In this document: positions 41,089-50,095 of the stretch, in pieces
Position numbering within the stretch: the stretch's first letter is position 1
Layout of the letters: each line of letters begins with the position of its first letter
Origin: a virus
Length of the DNA: 64,000 bases
IMG/VR virus record: IMGVR_UViG_3300020190_000010
Coordinates: 32,001-96,000 of that record
Strand: one strand, 5' to 3'
Notes under the pieces: generated by a model
What the model was told of the DNA's origin: nothing
Seen by the model: only the letters and a program-made list of their open reading frames with translations
The model's database searches: none
Program-made: the position numbers and the translations under genes

Positions 41089-43266
41089 ATGATAAAAAAT
41101 ATTATATTAAATGTTTCTAGATCATACAATCCCTACGTTTTTTCAAATGAAATATGGGCATGGGGACTCAATGATACAGGACAACTTGGACTGAATAATT
41201 TGACAAACCGTTCAAGTCCAGTGCAAGTTGGAACTCTTACCAATTGGAAAGATATTTCTGCAGGTAGTTCACATACAATGGCTATAAAAACAGATGGAAC
41301 AATGTGGAGTTGGGGTTCTAATAATGTTGGTCAATTAGGTATTGGAACCGTAGGAACTAAATCATCGCCCGTTCAAATTGGTTATGATACAAATTGGGTG
41401 TCTGGATCAGCAGGTGATGGTCATACTCTTGCCGTTAGAAATGATGGAACAATGTGGAGTTGGGGTTCAAATGGTGCAGGGCAACTTGGATTAAGTAATA
41501 CAACAAATAGAAGTAGCCCAGTTCAAATTGGAACTCTAACTAATTGGAAAGATGTTTCTGCAGGTCGTTCACATACAATGGCTATAAAAACAGATGGAAC
41601 GCTTTGGGGTTGGGGTTTTAATGTTTTTGGTCAATTGGGCGATGGAATCCAGACGAGTAAATCATCGCCCGTTCAAATTGGAACACGAACATGGACAACC
41701 GTTTCCGCCGGTGCAATTCATTCAGCCGCTATTCGTTCCGATGCCACTCTTTGGACATGGGGTAATAATGGAACTGGACAATTGGGCGATGTAACCGTAG
41801 TAAGTAAATCATCGCCCGTTCAAGTTGGAACTAGAACATGGACAGATGTTGCGGCGGGTCTTTCTATGACTATGGCAGTTAGGGGCGATGGAACTCTTTG
41901 GACATGGGGTAATAATGATAATGGTCAATTGGGATTGCTTAGAGACCGCAGTAGACCTAATTATGTAGATACTTATACTACTTTTACAAGTATTACTACC
42001 GGAGATGAAGCTTCACTTGCGATAGCATATGACGGAACTCTTTGGTCCTGGGGATCAAACTCAGGTGGTGTACTTGGTCATAATGATGGCATTTCACGTA
42101 GTAGTCCAACACAAATTGGAACTAGAATTTGGAATAATGTATCAAGGGGAGATCATCTACATACATTAGCAGTCCGTAATGATAATACGTTATGGTCATG
42201 GGGCGCGAATATTTTTGGTTCTTTAGGACAAAACGATGATATATGGAGATCTAGTCCAGTTCAAGTTGGAACTTTGAGTAATTGGTCACAAGTTTCTTCT
42301 GGATATTTACATTCTCATGCTGTTAAAACAAACGGTACACTTTGGGGTTGGGGGTACTTTGCTACCGGTGATGGTACAAGCAACAATAGATCCAGTCCAG
42401 TTCAAGTTGGAACTTTGAGTAATTGGTCTCAAGTTTCATCACTATTCGCAGAGGCATTTGCATTAAAGACGGATGGAACTCTATGGGCATGGGGAATAAA
42501 CTCATACGGAGCCCATGGCGATGGAACTACTACTTTTACGCTTTCTCCAGTGCAAATAGGAACTAGAACATGGTCATTTATTAGTGAAGGTGGTGGTGGT
42601 CTCCCATTAATGCAAACCTTTCATATGATTGCAGTTAGATCAGATGGAACTCTTTGGGCATGGGGACTCAATAATACAGGACAACTTGGACTGAATGATT
42701 TAGCAAACCGTAGTAGTCCAGTTCAAATAGGAACTGAAACAAATTGGGCATCCGGTGCAGTTGGTGGTAGTTCTACAATGGCAATAAAAACAAATGGAAC
42801 TCTATGGGCATGGGGAAGGAACGCAAACGCTATGCTTGGATTAGGTGACACTATAAATCGTAGTAGTCCTGTTCAAGTTGGCACTTTATCATCATGGGTT
42901 TCTGCCAGTATAGGTGAACAACATACAGTATTACTTCAAAATAATGGATACATATTAACTACTGGAGCTGCCAATCAATCCGGTGAACCTGGATTTGAAA
43001 CTAATAGGGCAATAAATCGTAGTTCTCCAGTTCAACTTGGTATCGATACAAATTGGCAAAGGGTAGAGGCAGCAATAAGTACAGGTGGACAATTCATTGC
43101 ACAAAAAACAGATGGAACACTTTGGTTATGGGGATCAAACACATCCGGTAATTTAGGTGACGGAACAGTTATTGCGAGGTCATCGCCAGTTCAAATTGGT
43201 AATGAAACAACTTGGGTTGATTTTAGTGCTAAGGGATTTCATTTTGTTGGTATAAAAAGATACTAA
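41089..43266 (+). CDS. RCC1/BLIP-II repeat beta-propeller protein
   Basis: About 14 repeats of DGTLWxWGxNxxGQLG...SSPVQ(V/I)G...W..VSAG..H. Confidence 0.92.
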   Translation: MIKNIILNVSRSYNPYVFSNEIWAWGLNDTGQLGLNNLTNRSSPVQVGTLTNWKDISAGSSHTMAIKTDGTMWSWGSNNVGQLGIGTVGTKSSPVQIGYDTNWVSGSAGDGHTLAVRNDGTMWSWGSNGAGQLGLSNTTNRSSPVQIGTLTNWKDVSAGRSHTMAIKTDGTLWGWGFNVFGQLGDGIQTSKSSPVQIGTRTWTTVSAGAIHSAAIRSDATLWTWGNNGTGQLGDVTVVSKSSPVQVGTRTWTDVAAGLSMTMAVRGDGTLWTWGNNDNGQLGLLRDRSRPNYVDTYTTFTSITTGDEASLAIAYDGTLWSWGSNSGGVLGHNDGISRSSPTQIGTRIWNNVSRGDHLHTLAVRNDNTLWSWGANIFGSLGQNDDIWRSSPVQVGTLSNWSQVSSGYLHSHAVKTNGTLWGWGYFATGDGTSNNRSSPVQVGTLSNWSQVSSLFAEAFALKTDGTLWAWGINSYGAHGDGTTTFTLSPVQIGTRTWSFISEGGGGLPLMQTFHMIAVRSDGTLWAWGLNNTGQLGLNDLANRSSPVQIGTETNWASGAVGGSSTMAIKTNGTLWAWGRNANAMLGLGDTINRSSPVQVGTLSSWVSASIGEQHTVLLQNNGYILTTGAANQSGEPGFETNRAINRSSPVQLGIDTNWQRVEAAISTGGQFIAQKTDGTLWLWGSNTSGNLGDGTVIARSSPVQIGNETTWVDFSAKGFHFVGIKRY

Positions 43267-43278
43267 TTAAAAATAAAG

Positions 43279-43310
43279 TTTGTTTATATTGTAAATTATT
43301 CGTATATTTG
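43279..43310 (+). promoter_or_regulatory. Bacteroidota-type promoter (-33 TTTG, -7 TATATTTG)
   Basis: TTTG at 43279-43282, 20-nt spacer, TATATTTG at 43303-43310; heads glycosyltransferase cluster 2. Confidence 0.75.
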
Positions 43311-43343
43311 TTATACTTTTGAAGAATAAAAAGGTTATATGTT

Positions 43344-44348
43344 ATGGAACAAAAAATTCATCCACTTGATGAAGCACTTTCCTATGCCATTAACGGTGCA
43401 CCCGAAAGAAGTGAGGAGATATTGAGAGACCAACCTCAAAATGACTATCGTGTTCTTTTTAATTTAGGATGGCACGAAATGCGTAAGGGTAATATGCAAA
43501 AAGCATTTGAACATTTCAATTATGGTCGTTTCATTGATGTCTTTGGTCTTCCTGCATTGCCAGGAAACATATGGAAAGATGAACCGCTTGAGGGCAAAAC
43601 ACTTCTTTTCCGTTGTGAAGGTGGTTATGGAGACCAAATTCTTAATTTTCGTTTTGCTAAGAGATTTGAGGAGATGGGTGCAAGAGTTTTGGTGTCTTGT
43701 GCACCAGAATTAAAGGCATTATTCTCTCGTCACGGTTTTATTTGTGTAGACAATGAAGTAATTATGTGTGCACACTATGATTATTGGGTTCCGGCTATGT
43801 CTGCCGCTTATGTTTTGGGTATGGAATACGAAGATTTAGACGGTTCACCGTTTATTTTTCCAACTGAACCAAGAAAATTGTTTTCAAAACCAAATCATCT
43901 TAAAGTTGGTATTCGTTGGAGTGGTTCTCCTGAATTTGAAGATGAACAACACCGAAGATTTCCACCAGAATTGATGATAAACCTACATGATATTCCAAAT
44001 ACAACACTCTATTCACTTCAGCGTGACGAAAATCTAGTTGATGGTCTTCCATTTGGTGATATGCGTGAACAAATGAAGTCTTGGGATGAAACTGCTAACA
44101 TTATTGCAGGTTGCGATGTTATCATTACATCATGCACGTCAATTGCACATCTTGCAGGTGCTATGGGTAAACCCACATGGATTGTTACGCCAATCATGCC
44201 TTACTATTCGTGGGTTGTTCCAGGTAATACTTCTCGTTGGTATGATACTGTTAGACTGTTCAGACAAGAAAAATATGGTGAATGGGAAGCTCCTTTCCAA
44301 AAAATACGTGAAGAACTTACAAAATTAGCAGAAGGATATGCAAAATAA
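43344..44348 (+). CDS. GT9-like (GT-B) glycosyltransferase with TPR-like N-terminus
   Basis: EGGYGDQILNFRF, KVGIRWSGSP, LYSLQ, DVIITSCTSIAHLAGAMGKPTW, WYDTVRLFRQ. Confidence 0.8.
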   Translation: MEQKIHPLDEALSYAINGAPERSEEILRDQPQNDYRVLFNLGWHEMRKGNMQKAFEHFNYGRFIDVFGLPALPGNIWKDEPLEGKTLLFRCEGGYGDQILNFRFAKRFEEMGARVLVSCAPELKALFSRHGFICVDNEVIMCAHYDYWVPAMSAAYVLGMEYEDLDGSPFIFPTEPRKLFSKPNHLKVGIRWSGSPEFEDEQHRRFPPELMINLHDIPNTTLYSLQRDENLVDGLPFGDMREQMKSWDETANIIAGCDVIITSCTSIAHLAGAMGKPTWIVTPIMPYYSWVVPGNTSRWYDTVRLFRQEKYGEWEAPFQKIREELTKLAEGYAK

Positions 44349-45133
44349 TGGATTCCAATAGATTGAGCATAGATATTGTTCTACGGACACATAGTTTCAT
44401 AGATATTCATGCTAATCCAACACCAAGATATTGTGGTGTTGATAAAACTACATTGGTTATTAAGTGTATTAAGTCATTGATTCAGTCTGCAGAACAATAT
44501 GATGGAAAGATTCACTTTGTTTGGTTTGATGACCATTCATCACAAAAATTGATCGATGGGTTACATGACATTTTCAAAACATCTAAACACACATATGAGT
44601 TTAACCCATTAGAATTGCGTGGATGGAATGCATCTGGACATGCACAATTTGATAGAGGTCGTTCATCTACTGCCGATTTAGTTTATTTTGTGGAAGATGA
44701 TTACCTACATTATCCGAATGCAATACTTGATATGGTGGACGCTTACATTCGTTTCAAAACGAATTTAGGAACAGAAGTTGCCATTCACCCATACGATGAT
44801 CCAGATAATTACTTACCAAAGTTTATTGATGAAACTCGCGTTGTTCTCGGTAGAGATAGACATTGGAGAACAAACAAGTATTCAACATTTACTTTTATGT
44901 GTAATCCTGAAATAGTCCGTAAGTTCTGGAGTAGATTTTATACTTGTGCAACTGAATACATGACAGAGTGGGGTGAGGCAAATGAAATACAAGAAGGAAC
45001 TACTATCAATCATATTTGGCGTTGGGAAGTGAAGTTATTTACACCAATACCGTCACTTGCTCTTCATATGGGTTATGAAAGACAATTAGATCCTTATATT
45101 GATTGGAAGAAATTGTGGAATTTAATTCAGTAA
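44348..45133 (+). CDS. GT-A (GT2-like) glycosyltransferase
   Basis: FVWFDDHSS and VYFVEDDYLH motifs. Confidence 0.7.
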   Translation: MDSNRLSIDIVLRTHSFIDIHANPTPRYCGVDKTTLVIKCIKSLIQSAEQYDGKIHFVWFDDHSSQKLIDGLHDIFKTSKHTYEFNPLELRGWNASGHAQFDRGRSSTADLVYFVEDDYLHYPNAILDMVDAYIRFKTNLGTEVAIHPYDDPDNYLPKFIDETRVVLGRDRHWRTNKYSTFTFMCNPEIVRKFWSRFYTCATEYMTEWGEANEIQEGTTINHIWRWEVKLFTPIPSLALHMGYERQLDPYIDWKKLWNLIQ

Positions 45134-45135
45134 TC

Positions 45136-45143
45136 ATATTTAT
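45136..45143 (+). promoter_or_regulatory. Candidate late promoter ATATTTAT
   Basis: Exact motif immediately after the upstream stop codon. Confidence 0.65.
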
Positions 45144-45176
45144 TGATATGATATTTAATGAACAAAGGAATTTCCA

Positions 45177-45638
45177 ATGAGATATGCATTTGTAGAAAAT
45201 GGTATAGTTAAAGAAAGTAATAGACCATTACCTATTATTTGGGCAAATGTTTCAAACTTTCATTTGTTTGATGTTGAAACTCTGAAAACTTATGGTTGGT
45301 ATCCGTATCGTTTTGTTGAAGCTCAAAAAGATGTGGATGATATTATTGATGGTTCTTATTTTTCTGTTGAAGAAAACGAAGTTGTTGAATATCAAACTGT
45401 AAGAAAAAAATCAGAACAAGATATACAAAACGAAATAGATAACCAATGGGGTAATGTTCGTGCTCGTAGGAATATACAATTGATGGAAAGTGATTGGACA
45501 CAAGTTCTTGACAGTCCTTTTACAGACGAACAAAAAGAAGAATGGAAATTATATCGTCAGTTACTACGAGATATAACTTTACAAGTTGATGTTTTCAATA
45601 TATCTTGGCCTGTAAAACCTGGAACAGAAAATGAATAA
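45177..45638 (+). CDS. Tail fibre assembly chaperone
   Basis: VRARRN..L.ESDWTQ..DSP...W..YRQ.LRDIT...WP.KP. Confidence 0.85.
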   Translation: MRYAFVENGIVKESNRPLPIIWANVSNFHLFDVETLKTYGWYPYRFVEAQKDVDDIIDGSYFSVEENEVVEYQTVRKKSEQDIQNEIDNQWGNVRARRNIQLMESDWTQVLDSPFTDEQKEEWKLYRQLLRDITLQVDVFNISWPVKPGTENE

Positions 45639-46374
45639 CAAAATTACAAAATTGATTAAGGAAATGAACCTTGCCATATTCAATGAAAATGATTTGGTAG
45701 ATAAGGATGTTCTTGTAATTTATCCTGGTAAATTTCAACCGATGGCAATATATCATAGAGAAGAATATGATAGAATTTGCCGTAAGTTTGATAAAGAAAA
45801 TGTTTATATTGTTACAGACGATACCACTGATCCAATAGAAAAACCACTAACATTTGATGAAAAGTCTGCAATTATGCGTCGTCATAATGTTAAGCGGATT
45901 ATGAAATCAAATACACCATTTCATGCAACAGATGTTATCGAACAATTTGATAACGATAGCACCATTGTAATTTATGCGGTTGATAAAGACGATGTATCAA
46001 AGTTGAAGGATTACAAAAGATTGATGTGTTGGAATGGTAGTAGTCAATTGGCATACAAAGATATTCAAAATCCGTATGTATATTATATGATTGTTAATCA
46101 TGTTCGTTACAATATTCCAAGTTTTGGCGAGATGACACAAAAAAGTATTTTTTCTGCTTTGGCTGATAGAAGTGCTAAATTAGCTGAATTAAAGTCTCGT
46201 TTTATTTCTATATTTGGTTGGTTTGATGTTGAGATATTCAATATGGTTGTTTCCAAGTTCAATACAAAACGTGGAAAAATGAAAGAAGTAAAATCCGATA
46301 AAAATGGTTTAAGACCAATCCACATGATAACAAGAAAATTTTGGAACAAAGTTTACAACGAAATAATAAAGTAA
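45631..46374 (+). CDS. Cytidylyltransferase-like (HIGH superfamily) protein with degenerate motif
   Basis: VIYPGKFQPMAIYH at the HxGH position; PLTFDEK. Confidence 0.6.
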   Translation: MNNKITKLIKEMNLAIFNENDLVDKDVLVIYPGKFQPMAIYHREEYDRICRKFDKENVYIVTDDTTDPIEKPLTFDEKSAIMRRHNVKRIMKSNTPFHATDVIEQFDNDSTIVIYAVDKDDVSKLKDYKRLMCWNGSSQLAYKDIQNPYVYYMIVNHVRYNIPSFGEMTQKSIFSALADRSAKLAELKSRFISIFGWFDVEIFNMVVSKFNTKRGKMKEVKSDKNGLRPIHMITRKFWNKVYNEIIK

Positions 46375-46385
46375 AAGGTTATGTT

Positions 46386-47003
46386 ATGGACATTAAAATT
46401 GATAATTTGAATGATGTAAAAAAACTTCTTGCGGGAGAACACGAAAGTCAAAACAAAATTGCGGTAGGTTATATTGGAGATAATTCAGAAGATAAAATAT
46501 CCCGCAAAATTGGTGACAAGTGGTTCGATGAAGATGGAAATGAGTGGGAACAAAAGAATGGGTATAAAGTAAAACTTGGGAAAGAATGGCAACAAGAGTT
46601 ACATAATTACTTAAATACTTTTCCAAATTGTAGAAAAGAAAATTGTGTATGTATGTTTCCAAAAAAGATAGATGAAAAAATGCGTCGCATTCATGGAATG
46701 TGTTTTGATTGTGTAGTTGAAATGGAACACAAAATTCGATTGGAAGGTAAGTGGGATGAATATGAAAAAAGAAAATTGAAAGAAAACGCAATGGCTTGGT
46801 TAGCAGAAGCTGAAAAAGACAAGGATGCAGTTGCAAACGAATTATCAAACATGGAATTTTCAAATGATTTTGGTGATACTGAAAAATGGAAAACTCCATT
46901 CAACAAAGAAGAAATGTTAGAAAAAATAGAAAATGAATTTGCAGAGTTTAGAAAGAACTTTATTGAAAAGTTAGAAAAGGATTTAGGAGAAAGAGTTGAA
47001 TAA
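46386..47003 (+). CDS. Hypothetical protein with Cys cluster
   Basis: IGDKW.DEDG.EWEQKNG; C..C.C...CFDC; ATG at 46386 follows AAGGT. Confidence 0.6.
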   Translation: MDIKIDNLNDVKKLLAGEHESQNKIAVGYIGDNSEDKISRKIGDKWFDEDGNEWEQKNGYKVKLGKEWQQELHNYLNTFPNCRKENCVCMFPKKIDEKMRRIHGMCFDCVVEMEHKIRLEGKWDEYEKRKLKENAMAWLAEAEKDKDAVANELSNMEFSNDFGDTEKWKTPFNKEEMLEKIENEFAEFRKNFIEKLEKDLGERVE

Positions 47004-47316
47004 ACTTAATCCAGTTGCTCAAACTTTTAGTGGTTTTAGTGGTAGAATATCATCCAAGCGTGTGATGATGTTTTTTTCTTTTGGTGTTATGATATTTATG
47101 GCAATAGTATCAACCTTTTATGATAAGAAAGTTGAACAATTTATATTCGATGGTTTTCTTTACATAGTAGTTGGTAGTCTTTTTTCAGTAGCATCAGAAC
47201 AATTTGCAAACAAATTTACAAAGATAGAAAATGGAGAAGGTGATGAATACTATTCAGATTACGATGAGCAAGATATTATTGATGAACCACCAAAAAGAAA
47301 ACGGAGAAATTTATGA
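46996..47316 (+). CDS. Small membrane protein with two TM segments, holin-like
   Basis: SSKRVMMFFSFGVMIFMAIV and FLYIVVGSLFSVA hydrophobic segments; charged C-terminus. Confidence 0.5.
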   Translation: MNKLNPVAQTFSGFSGRISSKRVMMFFSFGVMIFMAIVSTFYDKKVEQFIFDGFLYIVVGSLFSVASEQFANKFTKIENGEGDEYYSDYDEQDIIDEPPKRKRRNL

Positions 47317-47888
47317 AAGCGGTAATAATTGAAAGAGCAGTTCCAACTAATAAGAAACTTTATTCGAGAATAAAATCGAGAATTAAAAGTAAATATAAAG
47401 TATGGCCAAGTGCATATGCTTCAGGTGCTCTTGTTAAAGCATACAAAGCTGCAGGTGGTGGATTTCGTAATGTAAAAGAAACTATTGTAAATCCTGGCTA
47501 TCAACTTGAAGGATATGCTACAAATGCTTGTGGTAAAATCACCGAATTACATTTTCGTTTACAAGAAAGTGAACCTAATATGATGAATGAAGCAGAATAT
47601 CGTGGTAGAAAAGTATCATTAGGTAAACCATTCAGAACACCGGGTGGTCCAAAAAAATTTTCCGTGTATGTAAAAAAACCAAATGGTAATATCGTAAAAG
47701 TAAACTTTGGTCACAAGGGCGAAGGTGGTAAGAAAACCATGCGTATTAAAAAAAGTAATGCAGCTCGTAGAAAATCATTTCGTGCTCGTCACAATTGTCA
47801 ATCTCCCGGACCAAGACATAAGGCAAGATATTGGTCATGCCGTTTTGGATGGCCGTCAAGTGGCAAAGGTGCAATAGATAAGACTTAA
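47313..47888 (+). CDS. Basic two-domain hypothetical protein
   Basis: WPSAYASGALVKAYKAAGG domain and AEYRGRKV...VNFG...RRKSFRARHNC...ARYWSC domain. Confidence 0.7.
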   Translation: MKAVIIERAVPTNKKLYSRIKSRIKSKYKVWPSAYASGALVKAYKAAGGGFRNVKETIVNPGYQLEGYATNACGKITELHFRLQESEPNMMNEAEYRGRKVSLGKPFRTPGGPKKFSVYVKKPNGNIVKVNFGHKGEGGKKTMRIKKSNAARRKSFRARHNCQSPGPRHKARYWSCRFGWPSSGKGAIDKT

Positions 47889-47891
47889 TAT

Positions 47892-49016
47892 ATGAACCCA
47901 GCAACTTTCAAGTCGATGCTTACTCCCGAAATGGGAACAAATAATGTTACAGATACAGACCACGCTGCACAAATACTTGCTGATGCATATGATTTGGCAA
48001 ACATAGGTTCTAGTTGCACATTTTTTGGTTCATCAGTTATTAGTGGTGATAAAGATACATTGCAAAAATTTATCAAGTTAGCTTTTGATACCAATAAAAC
48101 TACAAATACAAAAGAAGGTTTTATTTTAATGGCAACTGGATTTTGTGCATATTGGTTGAAAGCTATATTTACACCATTACCAACTTTGCCTCCTACGATA
48201 AGTCCGTTAAAAGGCACAACTGTTCTTTTTCCAGGAGAACCTACGGAATTGGAAAAAGATTTAATAAAGGCATTTGACCAACCAGAATTTGAAATGTTTG
48301 CTGATACATTGTATAATGCATTAGTTGCACATCATACTAAAATAGCAGGAACATATAATGGACTAATACCCGCTTTTCCATCACCAATTCCTGGTATATT
48401 GCCTTGGGTTGCAATTTTAAGTGCACCTTTACCTGATACAGGAACTTCCGGCACAAGTGGAAAGGATGGATCATCTGGAACAAAAGGTAATGGTGGAACT
48501 GGTGGAACATCTGGAACTGGTGGAACATCTGGAACTGGTGGAACATCTGGAACTGGTGGAACATCTGGAACTTCTGGTTCTGGTGGAACTGGTGGAACAT
48601 CTGGAACTGGTGGAACATCTGGAACTGGTGGAACATCTGGAACTTCTGGTTCTGGTGGAACTGGTGGAACATCTGGAACTTCTGGTTCTGATAAAGGTAT
48701 GGGTGGGTTCGATACAAAAGGAGTTTCTGATTATAGAGTAAAGTTAAGATTATCTAATATAGTTCGTAGTGTTGATGGAAAATATAATGCAGATTCTATA
48801 ATAAGATTTGCTTTAAGTGACTTCCAAAGACCTGTACCTAACCAAATAAAATATGATAGTACGTTTAATAAAAAATTGATACCAGAGATTGGAAACTTAA
48901 AAGGACAAGATAGAAATAGATTATTTTACATATTCGATTATATGATTGAACAAAAAAATCTTGAATTAGACAATATAACTGGATATGTAAAATATGGATC
49001 AGTTAAAATAACATAA
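47892..49016 (+). CDS. Hypothetical protein with GGT/SGT collagen-like linker
   Basis: 374-aa ORF with a central GTSGTGGTS repeat. Confidence 0.65.
   Translation: MNPATFKSMLTPEMGTNNVTDTDHAAQILADAYDLANIGSSCTFFGSSVISGDKDTLQKFIKLAFDTNKTTNTKEGFILMATGFCAYWLKAIFTPLPTLPPTISPLKGTTVLFPGEPTELEKDLIKAFDQPEFEMFADTLYNALVAHHTKIAGTYNGLIPAFPSPIPGILPWVAILSAPLPDTGTSGTSGKDGSSGTKGNGGTGGTSGTGGTSGTGGTSGTGGTSGTSGSGGTGGTSGTGGTSGTGGTSGTSGSGGTGGTSGTSGSDKGMGGFDTKGVSDYRVKLRLSNIVRSVDGKYNADSIIRFALSDFQRPVPNQIKYDSTFNKKLIPEIGNLKGQDRNRLFYIFDYMIEQKNLELDNITGYVKYGSVKIT
48491..48690 (+). repeat. ggaactggtggaacatct tandem repeat
   Basis: 18-bp unit encoding GTGGTS. Confidence 0.9.
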
Positions 49017-49022
49017 TACTAC

Positions 49023-49030
49023 ATATTTAT
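49023..49030 (+). promoter_or_regulatory. Candidate late promoter ATATTTAT
   Basis: Exact motif 4 nt before ATG 49035. Confidence 0.55.
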
Positions 49031-49034
49031 CTAT

Positions 49035-49379
49035 ATGAATAAATGCACAGAAAATATAGTAAGAGAAATAATAAACAAATATCTACGATCAGTAATCATC
49101 GAAGGAAAAAAACCCAGTGGTGGTCTTACTGGTTGGTTTAGAGAAAAATGGGTTGATATTTCTCGTAATAAAAAAAGTGGTGGCCATCCACCATGCGGCG
49201 CCTCTGCTGGTAGTAAGGCAAGAAAAGGTGGTAAAAGAGCATATCCCAAATGTGTTCCTGCATCAAAAGCCGCTTCAATGTCAAAAAAACAAAAAAGAAG
49301 TGCAGTATCACGAAAAAGAAAACACGGTACAACCGGTCGTGGTAAGGCAAAAATGGTTTCAACTTATACAAAAGGTTAA
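49035..49379 (+). CDS. Small basic hypothetical protein
   Basis: GGLTGWFREKWVDI...PCG...YPKCVP; K/R-rich. Confidence 0.7.
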   Translation: MNKCTENIVREIINKYLRSVIIEGKKPSGGLTGWFREKWVDISRNKKSGGHPPCGASAGSKARKGGKRAYPKCVPASKAASMSKKQKRSAVSRKRKHGTTGRGKAKMVSTYTKG

Positions 49380-49381
49380 TT

Positions 49382-49720
49382 ATGAATGGTGTTTTGGAAG
49401 AAAAAATTGGCAAATATGTGAAAATGTTTGTCATTGGAGTTTTTGCAATACTTTTTGTTTATTTAGTTTATGACAATAATCGTTCAAAAGAACAGATAAA
49501 GACATCAACAAAAACAAAAGATAGTTTAGACGCTTTAATAAACAAATATGAGTTTGATTATACTAATTTGAAAAAAAGAGCTGATGAATTAGACTCACTA
49601 ATTAAAGTTCGTAAGGACAGTATTCTTATCATACGAAAAAAATTCTATGTTTATCGTGATAAAGAAATAAAAAATCCTGATGAAGCCACAAAGTATATTA
49701 TCAACTTTTTGAAAGACTAA
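49382..49720 (+). CDS. Membrane-anchored coiled-coil protein (i-spanin-like topology)
   Basis: N-terminal TM MFVIGVFAILFVYLVY followed by a coiled coil. Confidence 0.45.
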   Translation: MNGVLEEKIGKYVKMFVIGVFAILFVYLVYDNNRSKEQIKTSTKTKDSLDALINKYEFDYTNLKKRADELDSLIKVRKDSILIIRKKFYVYRDKEIKNPDEATKYIINFLKD

Positions 49721-49723
49721 TCT

Positions 49724-50095
49724 ATGAAGTATTTAATTGCCCTATTATTTTCAGTAACAACTGTGTTTGCAGTTGAAAATGACTCTGTTATATGTTTTAA
49801 GAAAACCGATGTGGTGAAGATGGCAAATCGTATTCAACTAATTCGTGATTCAGTTGAATATCTAACCGCAGTTGTAAATGCTCAAGATACTTTAATAGAA
49901 TTTCACCAAACTCGTTTTGACTTATATCACCAACAATTAAAAAATCGTGACCAAGCTATTGATGCTTGTAAAAAAAGAAGTGTAGAATTGGAAAAAATTA
50001 TTGATGAACTCCAACCAAAATGGTATGATAATAAATTACTTTGGTTCTTTACTGGTGTTGGAACTACTCTTGGGATAGTATTTGCAGTTCAATGA
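49724..50095 (+). CDS. Exported coiled-coil protein with C-terminal TM
   Basis: Signal-peptide-like MKYLIALLFSVTTVFA; C-terminal LLWFFTGVGTTLGIVFAV. Confidence 0.5.
   Translation: MKYLIALLFSVTTVFAVENDSVICFKKTDVVKMANRIQLIRDSVEYLTAVVNAQDTLIEFHQTRFDLYHQQLKNRDQAIDACKKRSVELEKIIDELQPKWYDNKLLWFFTGVGTTLGIVFAVQ

Noticed and set aside
41089-43266. Diversity-generating retroelement TR/VR pair among the RCC1 DNA repeats
   Set aside because: The repeats are in-frame blade duplications with no evident adenine-specific variation, and there is no reverse transcriptase in the window.
48337-48741. Overlapping ORFs across the GGT repeat
   Set aside because: Repeat-shadow artefact.
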